The position numbers and the translations under genes were made by a program. The notes below the pieces were generated by a model. The model saw only the letters and a program-made list of their open reading frames with translations. It ran no database searches and was not told where the DNA came from. A DNA stretch of 63,932 nt, filler included, from Vannella sp. (lineage: Eukaryota): NCBI GenBank assembly GCA_023345925.1. It is 6 parts of 6 records of this genome, joined end to end, with 100 filler letters (N's around TTAATTAATTAA, not from the genome) between each part and the next. Parts side by side here need not be neighbours in the genome. Positions count along the whole stretch, not along the records: positions 19,672 to 33,775 come from JAJQQN010000186.1; positions 33,876 to 43,365 come from JAJQQN010001216.1; 4 more parts are not named here. One strand, 5' to 3'. Of this stretch, positions 23,367-33,876 are shown piece by piece; within the stretch, counting starts at the first letter, position 1, and every line of letters starts with the position of its first letter.

Positions 23367-23447
23367 GGTGCTGAGGCGGAAATGACTGCCAATTACCCAA
23401 GACTGATGTTGAAAGTGATGAGGACAGTGTATTGAGGGGCAAATGAT

Positions 23448-24503
23448 CTAAGCTGTGTCTACCAGTGAGGTACCAGCCTTTTGGATGATCTTGTTGATGT
23501 AGTTGCGTGTAATAACGGGCACTGTGATGGTTTCGTCCTCCTGCATCATCTTCCAAAGGCGCATGACGTAACCGAACTGTCGGGACTCGTCGAAGCTTCG
23601 GACAAGCGTGGTGTAGGTCCTAATGTTGGGCTGGGCAAGCTTCTCGTCGTACATGCGCTTGATCAAGTGGAAGCCTTCGAGCTGCTTCTTGTTAAGAGCC
23701 AGGCCATGTATCAGGGCTGTGTAGGTGACAGTGTTGGGGGTGAGCCCTTCCTGGCGCATTCGTTCCATCGTCTTTTCGGCCTGCGGCGCCATGTCATGCT
23801 GGGCGTACCAGCTCACCATGATCGTGAAGGATTGAACGGTAGGGGGAATACCGTCTTCCTTCATCTTGTTGATCGCTTTGGAGGCCTCTTTGTACTGACG
23901 AGCGACCATGTGTCCCTCCACCACGGCGTTGTGAGTGTATTCGCTGAGTTGGAAGCCATTTGACTTGAAACCTTCGAGACGTTGAAGTAGAGTAGCAATG
24001 TTGCCGGTCCTTGCGAGCGCTAAGAGGTAGATGTTGATGTTATGTTGGCTTAGCATCCCTTCCATTGACTGAAGTTGCTCAAACTGTTCAATGATACGTG
24101 TGTACTCCTTCTTTTTGAGGAATGCCATAAGAAGGAAGCCATACATCTTCTCTGTTGGCTTGAAGGAGGCTTCTTTCTCGATGAATTCAACAACCTTGGT
24201 CATTCGCTCCCACTGTCCGTGCCGTTGCATACGATACAAGCCCAATTCAAAGTGCTGTGGAGTAGAAACCCCTAAGTTGTTCGCGTGGGTGAGACTCCTG
24301 CTTCAGGGTCAAACAACGAAGGAGAGACCCACAAGGATCTGCACATACTCTGCCACTCCCTTCAGGCTCCAGTTCGATCCAACCCAGTTGTAGTAGACTA
24401 GTGGAGTCGCCTTAAGAACACTACTACTCTTGGTACCTCTCAAGATCGCACCAGCCCCACACACCCGAAGACCCAAAGGCACATGCGCCGCCGACCTGAG
24501 CAT
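23448..24503 (-). CDS. Pentatricopeptide repeat protein, likely mitochondrial (2 exons)
   Basis: 35-aa repeats PTVQSFTIMV, PNTVTYTALIHG, PNIRTYTTLV; MLRS.. presequence-like start. Confidence 0.88.
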
Positions 24504-24603
24504 CACCAGCAAATGACCAGTCGGCAACACTACAAATCAATGCATTTGTATTCGGACTAATCTGGTGCAAACAGTGAACCAGGCTTCATCACGAGCGGCT
24601 TGG

Positions 24604-25125
24604 TTACGAGACAGGGAGCACAGAGAACTGCATAGTGCCTTTGTTGTTGGAGCAGTTATCATCCTCAAACCACACCCAAACAGTTTTCTGTCCTCGTACG
24701 TAGATCAGGTTGTCTGCCACCTCCTGAAGAGCAGTGGTGGCGTTGCCTGAGTGGAGCAGAGGGGGAGGAGATCCCAAGCGAGCAGTAGAGTACCAGCAAC
24801 AGGTGACATCGTCCTTGGACCCACACAGTGGCTTGATGTTACCAGCTCCCATCGCACAATTTTCAGGGGTGACTGCGATGGACCATGCGTAATGCAGGTA
24901 GTTCTCGCGCTCGTTGCCAGGGAAGTACATCACCGCTCCAGAGATAGGCTTGATTTCGTAGGTCTTCTCCGGGTCTAAGTTTCGCACTGGAACCGCCACG
25001 TTTTTGATGTCCACCACACCCACAGGTACCACCGCACAGTTGACCAATCCATCCAACGACATAGTCACACCCGCGCACACGCTCACAAGGAGCAAAATCG
25101 CACCAACCAGCACAAAGCGGCTCAT
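24604..25125 (-). CDS. Small secreted Cys-containing beta protein, possibly lectin-like
   Basis: Signal peptide MSRFVLVGAILLLVSVCAG; 173 aa; C-terminal WFEDDNCSNNKGTMQFSV. Confidence 0.75.
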   Translation of the reverse strand: MSRFVLVGAILLLVSVCAGVTMSLDGLVNCAVVPVGVVDIKNVAVPVRNLDPEKTYEIKPISGAVMYFPGNERENYLHYAWSIAVTPENCAMGAGNIKPLCGSKDDVTCCWYSTARLGSPPPLLHSGNATTALQEVADNLIYVRGQKTVWVWFEDDNCSNNKGTMQFSVLPVS

Positions 25126-25295
25126 GAGAAAGTGACGCTGTTTATGGTCTTCTCCAAGAAGGACGAATCCGATTGGCCAAAACAATGTTTTGCGAAAACG
25201 GCAACTTGCCGATTGTCGAAACTATCAATATCCTCTTGATAATGTTGGCAAAGTAATTAATGAGTCAAATTCAAGCCCTCTTCTGATCAGTTAGT

Positions 25296-26288
25296 TTAGT
25301 CTTGTGGGGATTTGGGATAGATGGCTCCTTGAAGGTAGAATGTGTCTAAGGGCTCCACAGTGATGGAGTCTGGCTTTTGTACGATCTTTTCACGAGATTG
25401 CGCGACGGGCAGTTTGCTGCGGCGGCTCTCGATGATGAGACTGCGGAGGTCATTTCGTCGTGCGTTGCGATTCGTTGGGACTCTGTCTTGTGTTGTGCAA
25501 GCTTGAAAAGATTCTGCACTAAAGAACAAGTTGTTGTCTCCGTTGTGGTTTGTGGGCTTCGTGGGAGGGCAGTAGCTGGAAGCGGGGTGTCGGAGGTTGT
25601 CATTCCTAACAGGAGGGGTTGCTGTGCGAGCTATTGTCCTCTTCTTTAGAGTCTTCACGTTAAAGAGGTGGCTGTGAGTCATTCTGTAACCTAGTTTTGA
25701 GCTACTGGTACTCACATGAGAAGGAAGAAGAGGACATGACGTTTGCTTCGAGAGTCCTCGGGGGATGTCACGAGAGTCACGGGGTCCATCTGTATTCCAT
25801 TCAATTAGCAGATATTCCTTGACCGCGAGACCCCTACCTTGGTAGGAGTATCCGTCAACTCTGCCAGTGGTTGATCGGAACACTGCCTGTCGTGGCCGAG
25901 TAGGAGGCGTTGTGTGTGCAGGCCCAGCAATGATCTGGTCCAAGTCGTAACAAAGCTTGTGGTAGTAGAACTGGAGATCCTCTTTGGTGCGGTGTGTGGG
26001 AAGCTGAGAAGCTATTTCGGCCCAGGATATCGAGGTGGGGTTGGGGTACCTTGTTAGAAGTACTTCGAACTGTTTACTCTCGTCAGAGGACCAGGGAGCA
26101 TGGACGCGTTCCCTCGCTTGAATGTACTTTCGAAATCTGACGGGATCCATCACCCCTGAAAGAGTCATCCCAGGGTCCCTCAGATCTGCAACGGGTCTTT
26201 GGTACTCCTCATGAGTGCGTGAGTGGTAAACCTCCTGAGGATTCTCAGGAGAAACAACGCGCCATGAGCGAACTTGCCACTCTCCCAT
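25296..26288 (-). CDS. Single SANT/Myb-domain protein
   Basis: WSSDESKQFEVLLTRYP..SWAEIASQLPTHRTKEDLQFYYHKL. Confidence 0.8.
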   Translation of the reverse strand: MGEWQVRSWRVVSPENPQEVYHSRTHEEYQRPVADLRDPGMTLSGVMDPVRFRKYIQARERVHAPWSSDESKQFEVLLTRYPNPTSISWAEIASQLPTHRTKEDLQFYYHKLCYDLDQIIAGPAHTTPPTRPRQAVFRSTTGRVDGYSYQGRGLAVKEYLLIEWNTDGPRDSRDIPRGLSKQTSCPLLPSHVSTSSSKLGYRMTHSHLFNVKTLKKRTIARTATPPVRNDNLRHPASSYCPPTKPTNHNGDNNLFFSAESFQACTTQDRVPTNRNARRNDLRSLIIESRRSKLPVAQSREKIVQKPDSITVEPLDTFYLQGAIYPKSPQD

Positions 26289-26342
26289 TCTGTCAATTGC
26301 GTAAAATGACACAAATTCTTACATTATCGAATAAAACAACAT

Positions 26343-26382
26343 TAAACTCTCATAATTTAACATGTCAAATTATGAGAGTTTA
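26343..26382. repeat. 40-bp near-perfect palindrome in a divergent promoter
   Basis: TAAACTCTCATAATTT-A-ACATGT-C-AAATTATGAGAGTTTA, with one mismatched pair. Confidence 0.93.
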
Positions 26383-26459
26383 GCGACAGAAAAAAGACCA
26401 AAAAATTCCTGGAAAGGAAGAATTATTACTTTTCAGTGTGTTCCCCGAGTCCTTTTTTG

Positions 26460-27737
26460 ATGTCCAACACACCTCGCTCATCTAAACCACGCCTTCGCCC
26501 TCATTGCTTTGCTCCCATCAACTCAGACAGCGTGGAAAGACCGTCTGGGAGCTCCTTTAGGGGACTATTAGAGAGTTCAGGACTGTCTTCCTCTGTTCCT
26601 GCAAGTCGACGAGCACCAGATTTGGGAGGTTCTCAGGGCATACCTGAGAGCTTCCTTGAGTGTGATGACCAAGATCTCTTTGAAGAAATTGATCTGGAAA
26701 GTCTGGTTCCTGCTCACATTGTGGTGGCCACTCCCGACCCAAGGCTCGCCAAAGGAGAGATACTCTTTCTTCGTGGCAGGCTGGAGGAACTGGAAGAGCA
26801 GAGAATCCTGGCCGCTTCGGAAAAGGAGTCCATCAGGGTGAACCACTTCCAGCAGTTGTCCAAGCTCCAAGCAGAACTCGCGTTCAAGGCTCAAGAATTG
26901 ACTGAATTGGAGCAACTTCGCTCTGCGAGTGCCAGTTCCATTCCCGATGCTTCCATTCCAGAGCTCCTCCAACTGAGGGGAGAGGTTGCTGGATACAGGA
27001 AGCAGCTCCGAAAGATTGGAAAGATCGCTTCCTCTGAGCTTTCGTTGGAGATGGGGACCACTATGAGTGATGAACCTACCCACTCATCTTCCAAGGCCCT
27101 GAGACAAACCGAGAAACAGCTCCAAAGGTGCCAAACAGAGCTTCAAAGGAGCGACAGTGAACGAGATAGAGTATTCCAAGAGCTTACAAGCTATATCATG
27201 CGCTACAAAGAAGCCAGTTTGGGTCTCGAAGAACAAACGAAGCGAGCAAATCTCCTCAAATCCCAGAATCGGAAACTGGGAGATCAGGTGAAAACCTTAG
27301 TGGGCTTGTCGCAGAACATGAAGACAGCAATTACTTCACGTGACGAGAAGATCCTGAGACTTCAACAACGCCTTTCCGAGTCTCGTTCGAAATCTCGTCC
27401 TTCAGCCGGCCACTCCAACCGAGCTCCTTCCCCTCAAAGGACCAAATCCCCACGTCGAGCTAAGCCAGTTCTATACAGTCAAACTGCCCCCAAGGACTAT
27501 TCCGAAGTGGAAGACACTCTCAGTAACGAGACCGATCGTACCACTTCATCGCCAGCCAGTAGTCAACAAGGAGACCTCCTAGTTGCCTTTTCAGACTACA
27601 TTGGAATGGGAGACACACCAGATTGCCTCGCACCATGGCTGGACATTCCTAGCCGCTTTGCCGACAGCACCCTGCGTGCATTTGCCTTGGTAGAAGGCAC
27701 CAAAGAGAACCAAAACCCTCACAATACAGGTATCTGA
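26460..27737 (+). CDS. Coiled-coil protein with an ATRIP-like N-terminal region
   Basis: Acidic DDQDLFEEIDL, then KGEILFLRGRL..LEEQR..LSKLQAELAFKAQELTEL. Confidence 0.6.
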   Translation: MSNTPRSSKPRLRPHCFAPINSDSVERPSGSSFRGLLESSGLSSSVPASRRAPDLGGSQGIPESFLECDDQDLFEEIDLESLVPAHIVVATPDPRLAKGEILFLRGRLEELEEQRILAASEKESIRVNHFQQLSKLQAELAFKAQELTELEQLRSASASSIPDASIPELLQLRGEVAGYRKQLRKIGKIASSELSLEMGTTMSDEPTHSSSKALRQTEKQLQRCQTELQRSDSERDRVFQELTSYIMRYKEASLGLEEQTKRANLLKSQNRKLGDQVKTLVGLSQNMKTAITSRDEKILRLQQRLSESRSKSRPSAGHSNRAPSPQRTKSPRRAKPVLYSQTAPKDYSEVEDTLSNETDRTTSSPASSQQGDLLVAFSDYIGMGDTPDCLAPWLDIPSRFADSTLRAFALVEGTKENQNPHNTGI

Positions 27738-27780
27738 TCGATCAAATCCTTCTTGAACATACACATCGACTCAGCTTAAC

Positions 27781-29286
27781 TCAACCAGCATGAGGAATCT
27801 TCTTCCTTGCAGAACGCAGGGTTTCTGCAAGGCGGACAAGGAACACGTCGATCTCAGTCTGAGTAATACCAATAGCGGCAGCTACAGTGAGGTAATGATG
27901 AGGATAGTTATCCAAATGCGCCCCGTAATCGTTGAAAGTGAAAGATCCTATCTTCTTTGAAGTCCCCCGAGCGACCACTCTTAGGAAGGAGTAAGTTTTG
28001 GTCTTCTTCTTCTTCTGTTTGAAACGCACCTGACGCCGGAACAAAGATGCCGGAAAAGCATGGCTCCAATCAAAGTGGGGTTCTCTCCAAAAGTATCCAA
28101 AGTCATCGCTAGTTGAAGTGAGTGGAGGTGCTGAAGGAGAGCAAGAGGTACAGTTACCAATAGATATGGGATTGAGCTCGATATCGAGAACTCTCTCCCC
28201 AAACTCTTCCGCTAGGGGAACAAGCTTCATCCGAAAGTACTCAAAATGTCCCTTTCTCTCCTCCAACAGACGGAAATAGCCATTCTTCCCCATCTGGAGC
28301 ATTTGAATGAAGAGATCTACTAGTGGAGAAGCGGAGGCTCGGCCAGGATAGCTGGCACTGATGGCTTGTACCAACTCACTCTTGCTGCTGGCAATGATAC
28401 TTCCCCCCACTGGCACCAGAAAGTTCTTATCTGTGCTCTGTATGAAGCAATCCACCCTCCCTTTGCGTGTGGCCTCCTCGATAAGATGAATGCACTTAGA
28501 CTGCTGGAGCCCATATGCGTTATTGATCACGTGAGCCACGTTGTGTCGTTCTGCCAGCTGGGCAATCTCCACTATACGGTCTGGAACACGAGGAGCGAAT
28601 GTGCTAGTGGTAGAGAAGATACAGAGGATCTGGTCGGCTCCTTTCTCTTCAATCAGAGCTTCGATGGCTTGGACATTCGTTCTCACTTGATCTCCTTCCA
28701 GCTGGTTCTCCACGATCAATGGGGTGAGACCTGCTGACAGGATACTCTTAAGACATGTCTTTTGATCAATACGGGTCCAAATGACAAAGGAAGCTGCTGG
28801 TTTGGTTTCCTTCAGTGCCAAGAAGGTCATTAGCAACGCCATTCCTGTTGCCAGGGGAAGAACGAGGGCGTTTCTTGTCGACTTAAGACCCAAGTCACGT
28901 AGCAGGCACTTGACCATTTGCTGGAGGAGCTTAGATAGCAACGAACTGCCCGCCGCCTTGGGTTGGAGTTCGGAGATGTCCCCAGAGCGGCCCACTCCGT
29001 GGGCCATTCCAAAGTGACGACGACTGACAAGACCACTTGCACCTCCATAGAGACGTCCTTCCCTCTCTCCGACGCCGACTGAGCCGTGGAAGTTGTTCGA
29101 GTCCATCATCGCCAGCTCTTGAAGCAGATGCTCCACGCTCAGCTCATCCCATCCCTCCTCCGGCATCCTCCTTTGAGAGAGAAGTGTAGTCACTAACTGC
29201 TGCCTGCGTTGCTGAGCCTGCTGAGCCACATCTCGATAGCTCTTCCCCAAAAGGCCCTCCGCCAGGTCCCAGTTGGGCCCGTTCAT
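27781..29286 (-). CDS. SEPSECS: O-phosphoseryl-tRNA(Sec):selenium transferase
   Basis: MDSNNFHGSVGVGEREGR, HGVGRSGD..QPKAAGSS, RIDQKTC, NNAYG, QSTDKNF; introns at 28109-28157 and 27980-28029. Confidence 0.97.
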   Translation of the reverse strand: MNGPNWDLAEGLLGKSYRDVAQQAQQRRQQLVTTLLSQRRMPEEGWDELSVEHLLQELAMMDSNNFHGSVGVGEREGRLYGGASGLVSRRHFGMAHGVGRSGDISELQPKAAGSSLLSKLLQQMVKCLLRDLGLKSTRNALVLPLATGMALLMTFLALKETKPAASFVIWTRIDQKTCLKSILSAGLTPLIVENQLEGDQVRTNVQAIEALIEEKGADQILCIFSTTSTFAPRVPDRIVEIAQLAERHNVAHVINNAYGLQQSKCIHLIEEATRKGRVDCFIQSTDKNFLVPVGGSIIASSKSELVQAISASYPGRASASPLVDLFIQMLQMGKNGYFRLLEERKGHFEYFRMKLVPLAEEFGERVLDIELNPISIGNCTSCSPSAPPLTSTSDDFGYFWREPHFDWSHAFPASLFRRQVRFKQKKKKTKTYSFLRVVARGTSKKIGSFTFNDYGAHLDNYPHHYLTVAAAIGITQTEIDVFLVRLAETLRSARKKIPHAG

Positions 29287-30192
29287 CCCCCCAGCCCGCT
29301 CAGAATGATCCCAAATCTCGTGTGCTACACACCACATCTACCAGGACAGAGCTCGCTTCCACCAGGAGGTCTAAACGGGACGTAAATCAACCATTTCTCC
29401 GTCTTTTGGTGGTTGGCTGAGTCTGAACCTGTTTCAAGGTGCCTTCCCACCAGGTCAGCTGGGTGGTGGGAACACTGCTCATGAGTCTTGTGCAACAGAC
29501 CATGCCCGATGGAGGTTCCACGTTCTCGTGTTTGGACACGCCAACCAAGCGCCTCTCTGCTTGAAGCGTCATAGGCATCCTATTCCTTGCCTATTCCTGG
29601 CACGGGAGATATGGGCTCTTCCTCGAACTCTGAAGGAGTCTTTGTCTGAGGTGACTTCGATCCTAAACACGTTAAAGAAGTCCTGGAGAGGGTTTGGCAA
29701 CAAGTCCATTGAACAAGGCCAATGTAAAGGCATGGTGAGATATCTTAACTTGGAGGACTTCCTTGAGTCGAAGGAAAGTAGTAACTGGTCCATTTTCCCT
29801 GCGAAACTCCCAAGCAACCTCACCCATCAACGCAAAACATCTCCCCAGAGCTTCTGGCAGAGTTTTTCGAAGGCGCTTGACGTGTCATTCCACTCCAAAC
29901 CCTCCTCATAACGGTGCGTTTCACGAAAGACGACCAACCATCCCAGAAAGGCATTAATCACTTTCCAAGCCCTCAAAGATGACATGAAACCTGTCCTTTT
30001 CGGCTTCTCTATCCTTTCACTCGCAAACACGTAGCTCGAGGACACGCTTCACTCTAAGCGTCAAGAGAACTTTCGGTCAAAAGATGGAAAATTTAAAATC
30101 CAGTAAAAAAAGGAATGGGAAAGGTGTGGGCCGTTTTTGAGGCATTTGAAGGACCGTTGGAAAGTCATTTTTTGTTGGCCTTGCTTTGAGGG

Positions 30193-32017
30193 ATGCGAGA
30201 GGACGAGAACCTTCTCTCTCCAAAGGTGTTGACTGTGAGGGAGTTGCGACAAGTCTTGTCCAAGTATGGAGTCGAGTTGCCAACGGAGGCAACGAACAAG
30301 TCCTTTCTGGTGAAGCAGTACGAAGATAACCACATCGACCAACTGATTCGCACTCGTTGGGAGGAAGATGCTCGTCGTTCGGTGGTGAAGAGGCCTCGTA
30401 CGATCGAGTTGGTGGATCAAGTACCTGCTAGGAAGGCAAGAAAGTACTCTTCGTTGAGCTCTCCTCAAGGAACTGCACAGTCAGAGGAGGTAACGCTCTC
30501 CGACTTGATGGCGTACGTTCGGACTTCCCATTGCGCTGCTGTACTGACGGCTGTGTAGACAGTACCTTTCTGATGAGGAGCTGCTGACAGAGAGTGAGCC
30601 GGTGGCTGTAGAGACTCCTCCTCGGCAATCTAGCAAGCTTGGGAAGCCTCATGTCGTTGGAAAGACCCCGCCAAGTGCAGTGAAGACGAATGCTCCACGT
30701 CGTAGCACAGTCTCACCAAGTGGGAAGGCTCTCAAGTCCAGAATAGCCCCTGTCCCAGTCCCTGCTCCTGTTGCGGTCCCAGTCCCGGCTCGTTCCCCCA
30801 TTCGCGCCCCCGTACAAGCAACTAGCCCTCCCAAAGTCAAGCTAGAAGCCCCTATACCACTTGCTTCTCAGGTTGTAGAGAGGCAGGGTCGCTCTCCAGC
30901 CCGGAAGATGGTCCAACAGCCCACTAAGCTTGCTAGATTGACAGTGGAGAAGGTGCAATCCAGAGCCGCTGAGGAGGCTCGCCAACGTCGTATTAAGGCA
31001 GAAGAGGAGGAGGAAGAAGAGGATGAAGACTATGAGGATCAGAACGAAGAGGAGGAAGAAGAAGAAGAGGAAGATGAAAGTGTGAGTATTCGTCTGGCCA
31101 ATTCTCGCAGGCACAAGCGTGGGGAGAGCGTTTTTACCAGCCTGTTCACTATTCTTATCGCGCTTATCATACTGGCCATTGCAATGGCTGTCGGATTCCA
31201 CTTGTACGCGAATCGACACTTGCCTTTCTGCGGGACTGGGCGAGTTGAAGAGGCTGGAGTGTGTGTTGCTTGTCCTTTTCATGGGCAATGTGCACCAATG
31301 TCTTACGTTTGCGAGTGCCCAGTTGGATACCTCGTCTCGAAAGACCAGCACAGTTGTATCTTAGACGGGAACATTCCCCTCCTTGCTGACCGCTTATTAA
31401 CTGAAGTACTGAAACCTGCTCTTCGCCTACGCAAAGGAAACCACATCTGCGGATCTTCTAGTCAAGCAGAGATGGCAGAGGATGAAGTAGAATCTCTCTT
31501 GCGAGTAGAATACGCCAAAATGGCGCCTCAGGACGCCTCATTGAGTGATTTCCACTATGTTAAGATGCATGTTCAGTCTCTCTTTGAGACGAACCAAATC
31601 TACGTCCAACCAAGCTCTCAACTGACTCCAAAGGCCCGTTTGGGAACAAACGACGACCCAATCATGACAGTGAGCTGCTCTTTGAGACTCTTCTTTGCAG
31701 CTTACGCGCTTGTGATTGTCCCTTTGTCCTTGGGTTTGTTGTACACCGTCTGGAGGTACATTCTGTACAGAAGAAAGTTGGAGGTTATCTGTGACATTCA
31801 CTATTCTCTTCGTGAGGCCGCTCAAAAGGATCCAGCTGCCCCTGGCTTGCCTGTAGCTAGCCTCCGTGAGGAGTTTTGCTCTTATTCATCCTCTTATTCC
31901 CTTAACTATCTAGTTTGGAAGGCGGTGGAAGAGGCTATCGCCCTGGACAACCACGTGGTCGACACCAGCCAACTTGTTGGTGGCGAGCAGAAGTTAATGT
32001 GGGAGTGGGAGGAATAA
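30193..32017 (+). CDS. Src1/Man1-type inner nuclear membrane protein (HeH/LEM-like plus MSC), 2 exons
   Basis: LTVRELRQVLSKYGVELP..KSFLV; two TM helices flanking a Cys-rich lumenal part (CVACPFHGQC..CPVGY); C-terminal VWKAVEEAI..GGEQKLMWEW. Confidence 0.85.
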
Positions 32018-32061
32018 GCTTTCGCTCTCCCTTCTCAACATCTTTGATGAATGAAGTTGTT

Positions 32062-33775
32062 TTACTTCTTAGCAATCTCACTCTGGTGCTTGCGGAGTTG
32101 TTCATCCACTTGCTTGGCGCGGCTGTAAGCTTGAATGTAAGGTTGCTGTTCACTCTTGGGGATGCCTTTGATGTCGAGAAGGCGGATAAACAGAGGATCT
32201 TTGGCCTTGGGCAAGAGTTGGACAAAGGTGTTGGCAGGAATCTCGACGTCCTTTGGTCCACGATGCTGCCCATACTCAGAGAAGCTGTTAATAACCTTCA
32301 GGATTTTCTCCGCTTTGGCAATCTCCTTGGTCACGTAGGAGGAGTACCGAGCTGGAACCGTTTTGGGTCCAGTTCGGCTGTTGGTAAGTGTGGGAAGGTC
32401 CACAATGATTCCTTTCATCACGGCGACGTCTAAAAGCAACTGTCCTGCTCCTGATTGAGAGATTTGACGGCATTTGTAAATGTGCTGGACCAGGAGTTGT
32501 ACAAACTCGCTAGTGCTCAAGTCAGCAAGCTTGTGAGTGGTGAGGGAGTGTCCTTACCCTGCCACAGCTTCACAGAATACCCGGAAGTGAATGGGAGAAA
32601 GCCAGTCATTGTACAAAGGGACAGTTTGTGCTACATAAGTGGAGAATTGGGTGACATATGGACTCTGGTCGCCAACAACAGACCAAGAGCCCCAAGGCAT
32701 TTGAACCATTTGGCCCAAAACATCGCGCACTTTGGTCAGTAGTCCTGCCAATAACACTTTTGAGCCATTGGTCGTCAGACTGACCGTAAAAATGGACTGT
32801 AAGTACATCGAAGAGGGCAGACAAAGGACCAAACTCACTCATTAAACTCCTTTTGCTCCTTCTTCATCTCAATCTTGGTCTTGAACTCTTCATCAATAGT
32901 GGAAATGACAGTCCCCTCCAACTGCTTGCACAGAGAAGTACAATATTCTCCTGTGTTCATAATCAAGCAAGTCTTACGCTGTTGCTTCTCACTCAAATCA
33001 ACTTTGTTGTCCTCTCTGCATCCAATGATGTGAGTCCATTGGTGAACAAGTTCGAGTTTCTGTGAGATTGTCTTACACAGATGGCAGGCTGCGATTGAGC
33101 TTTTGAGCGTACAGCTGCAGATACTTCTTGAAGAGCCGATAGATCTCGAAGAAAGCATTGTTGCACGTCAAGTCTGTGCATCTTCACTCCTCATTAGCCA
33201 AGCAAATGGGAGCAAGCGAACCTCTTACCGCTTCATACTCTTCTTAAAGTAGAAGATAAGATCTGTACTGCTCCGCAGAACCTTATTCCGAGCGTCGTCA
33301 TCGACTTCCCACGTCTCCTCAGCCATGATGGCCTCGAATTTCTGGCGCATCAGAGCGTCTTCCTCCTTAATGTAAATATCCATGTACGGGTTGAACGTTG
33401 AAGAGATCATTCCCAGGTATTTGGGATCTGGCTGAGGTCCTGCCACCTGCTGTTGCTGCTTCTTGTCCTCCTGGAACTTCCGATAGCGCTTGGCAATCGC
33501 CGCAGCGGAATGTGGATTGTTCTCGTCGTCATCATCCCCTTCACTGTCCTTCTGTGCCGTTTCAGGTCCACCTCGTGGGCTCTCAGGAGTTTGAGGTGGC
33601 GCTGTGGTACTGGGCATCTTGGCGAAGAGGATGGACATCTCTTTCTCCCATTTGAGAGTCTCTCGGATGGCGTGGAGCAGGATCTTCACGTCTGGCACTG
33701 CCCTTTCGAGTATCTTTGTGAACTGTTCACTTGTTCTGTTCCCAAAGTACTCGCAGATCTTCTCCGCGACGTTCC
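32062..33775 (-). CDS. VPS53: GARP subunit VPS53, 5' truncated, multi-exon
   Basis: VLRSSTDLIFYFKKSMKR, IMNTGEYC, WSVVGDQSPYV, IYKCRQISQSGAGQLLLD, LLDIKGI. Confidence 0.92.
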
Positions 33776-33875
33776 NNNNNNNNNNNNNNNNNNNNNNNNN
33801 NNNNNNNNNNNNNNNNNNNTTAATTAATTAANNNNNNNNNNNNNNNNNNNNNNNNNNNNNNNNNNNNNNNNNNNN
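33776..33875. other. Artificial contig linker
   Basis: N run with TTAATTAATTAA. Confidence 0.97.
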
Positions 33876-33876
33876 C

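Noticed and set aside
29340..30100. Gene or ncRNA between SEPSECS and Src1
   Set aside because: Several short ORFs on both strands, but no motif or consistent splice model.
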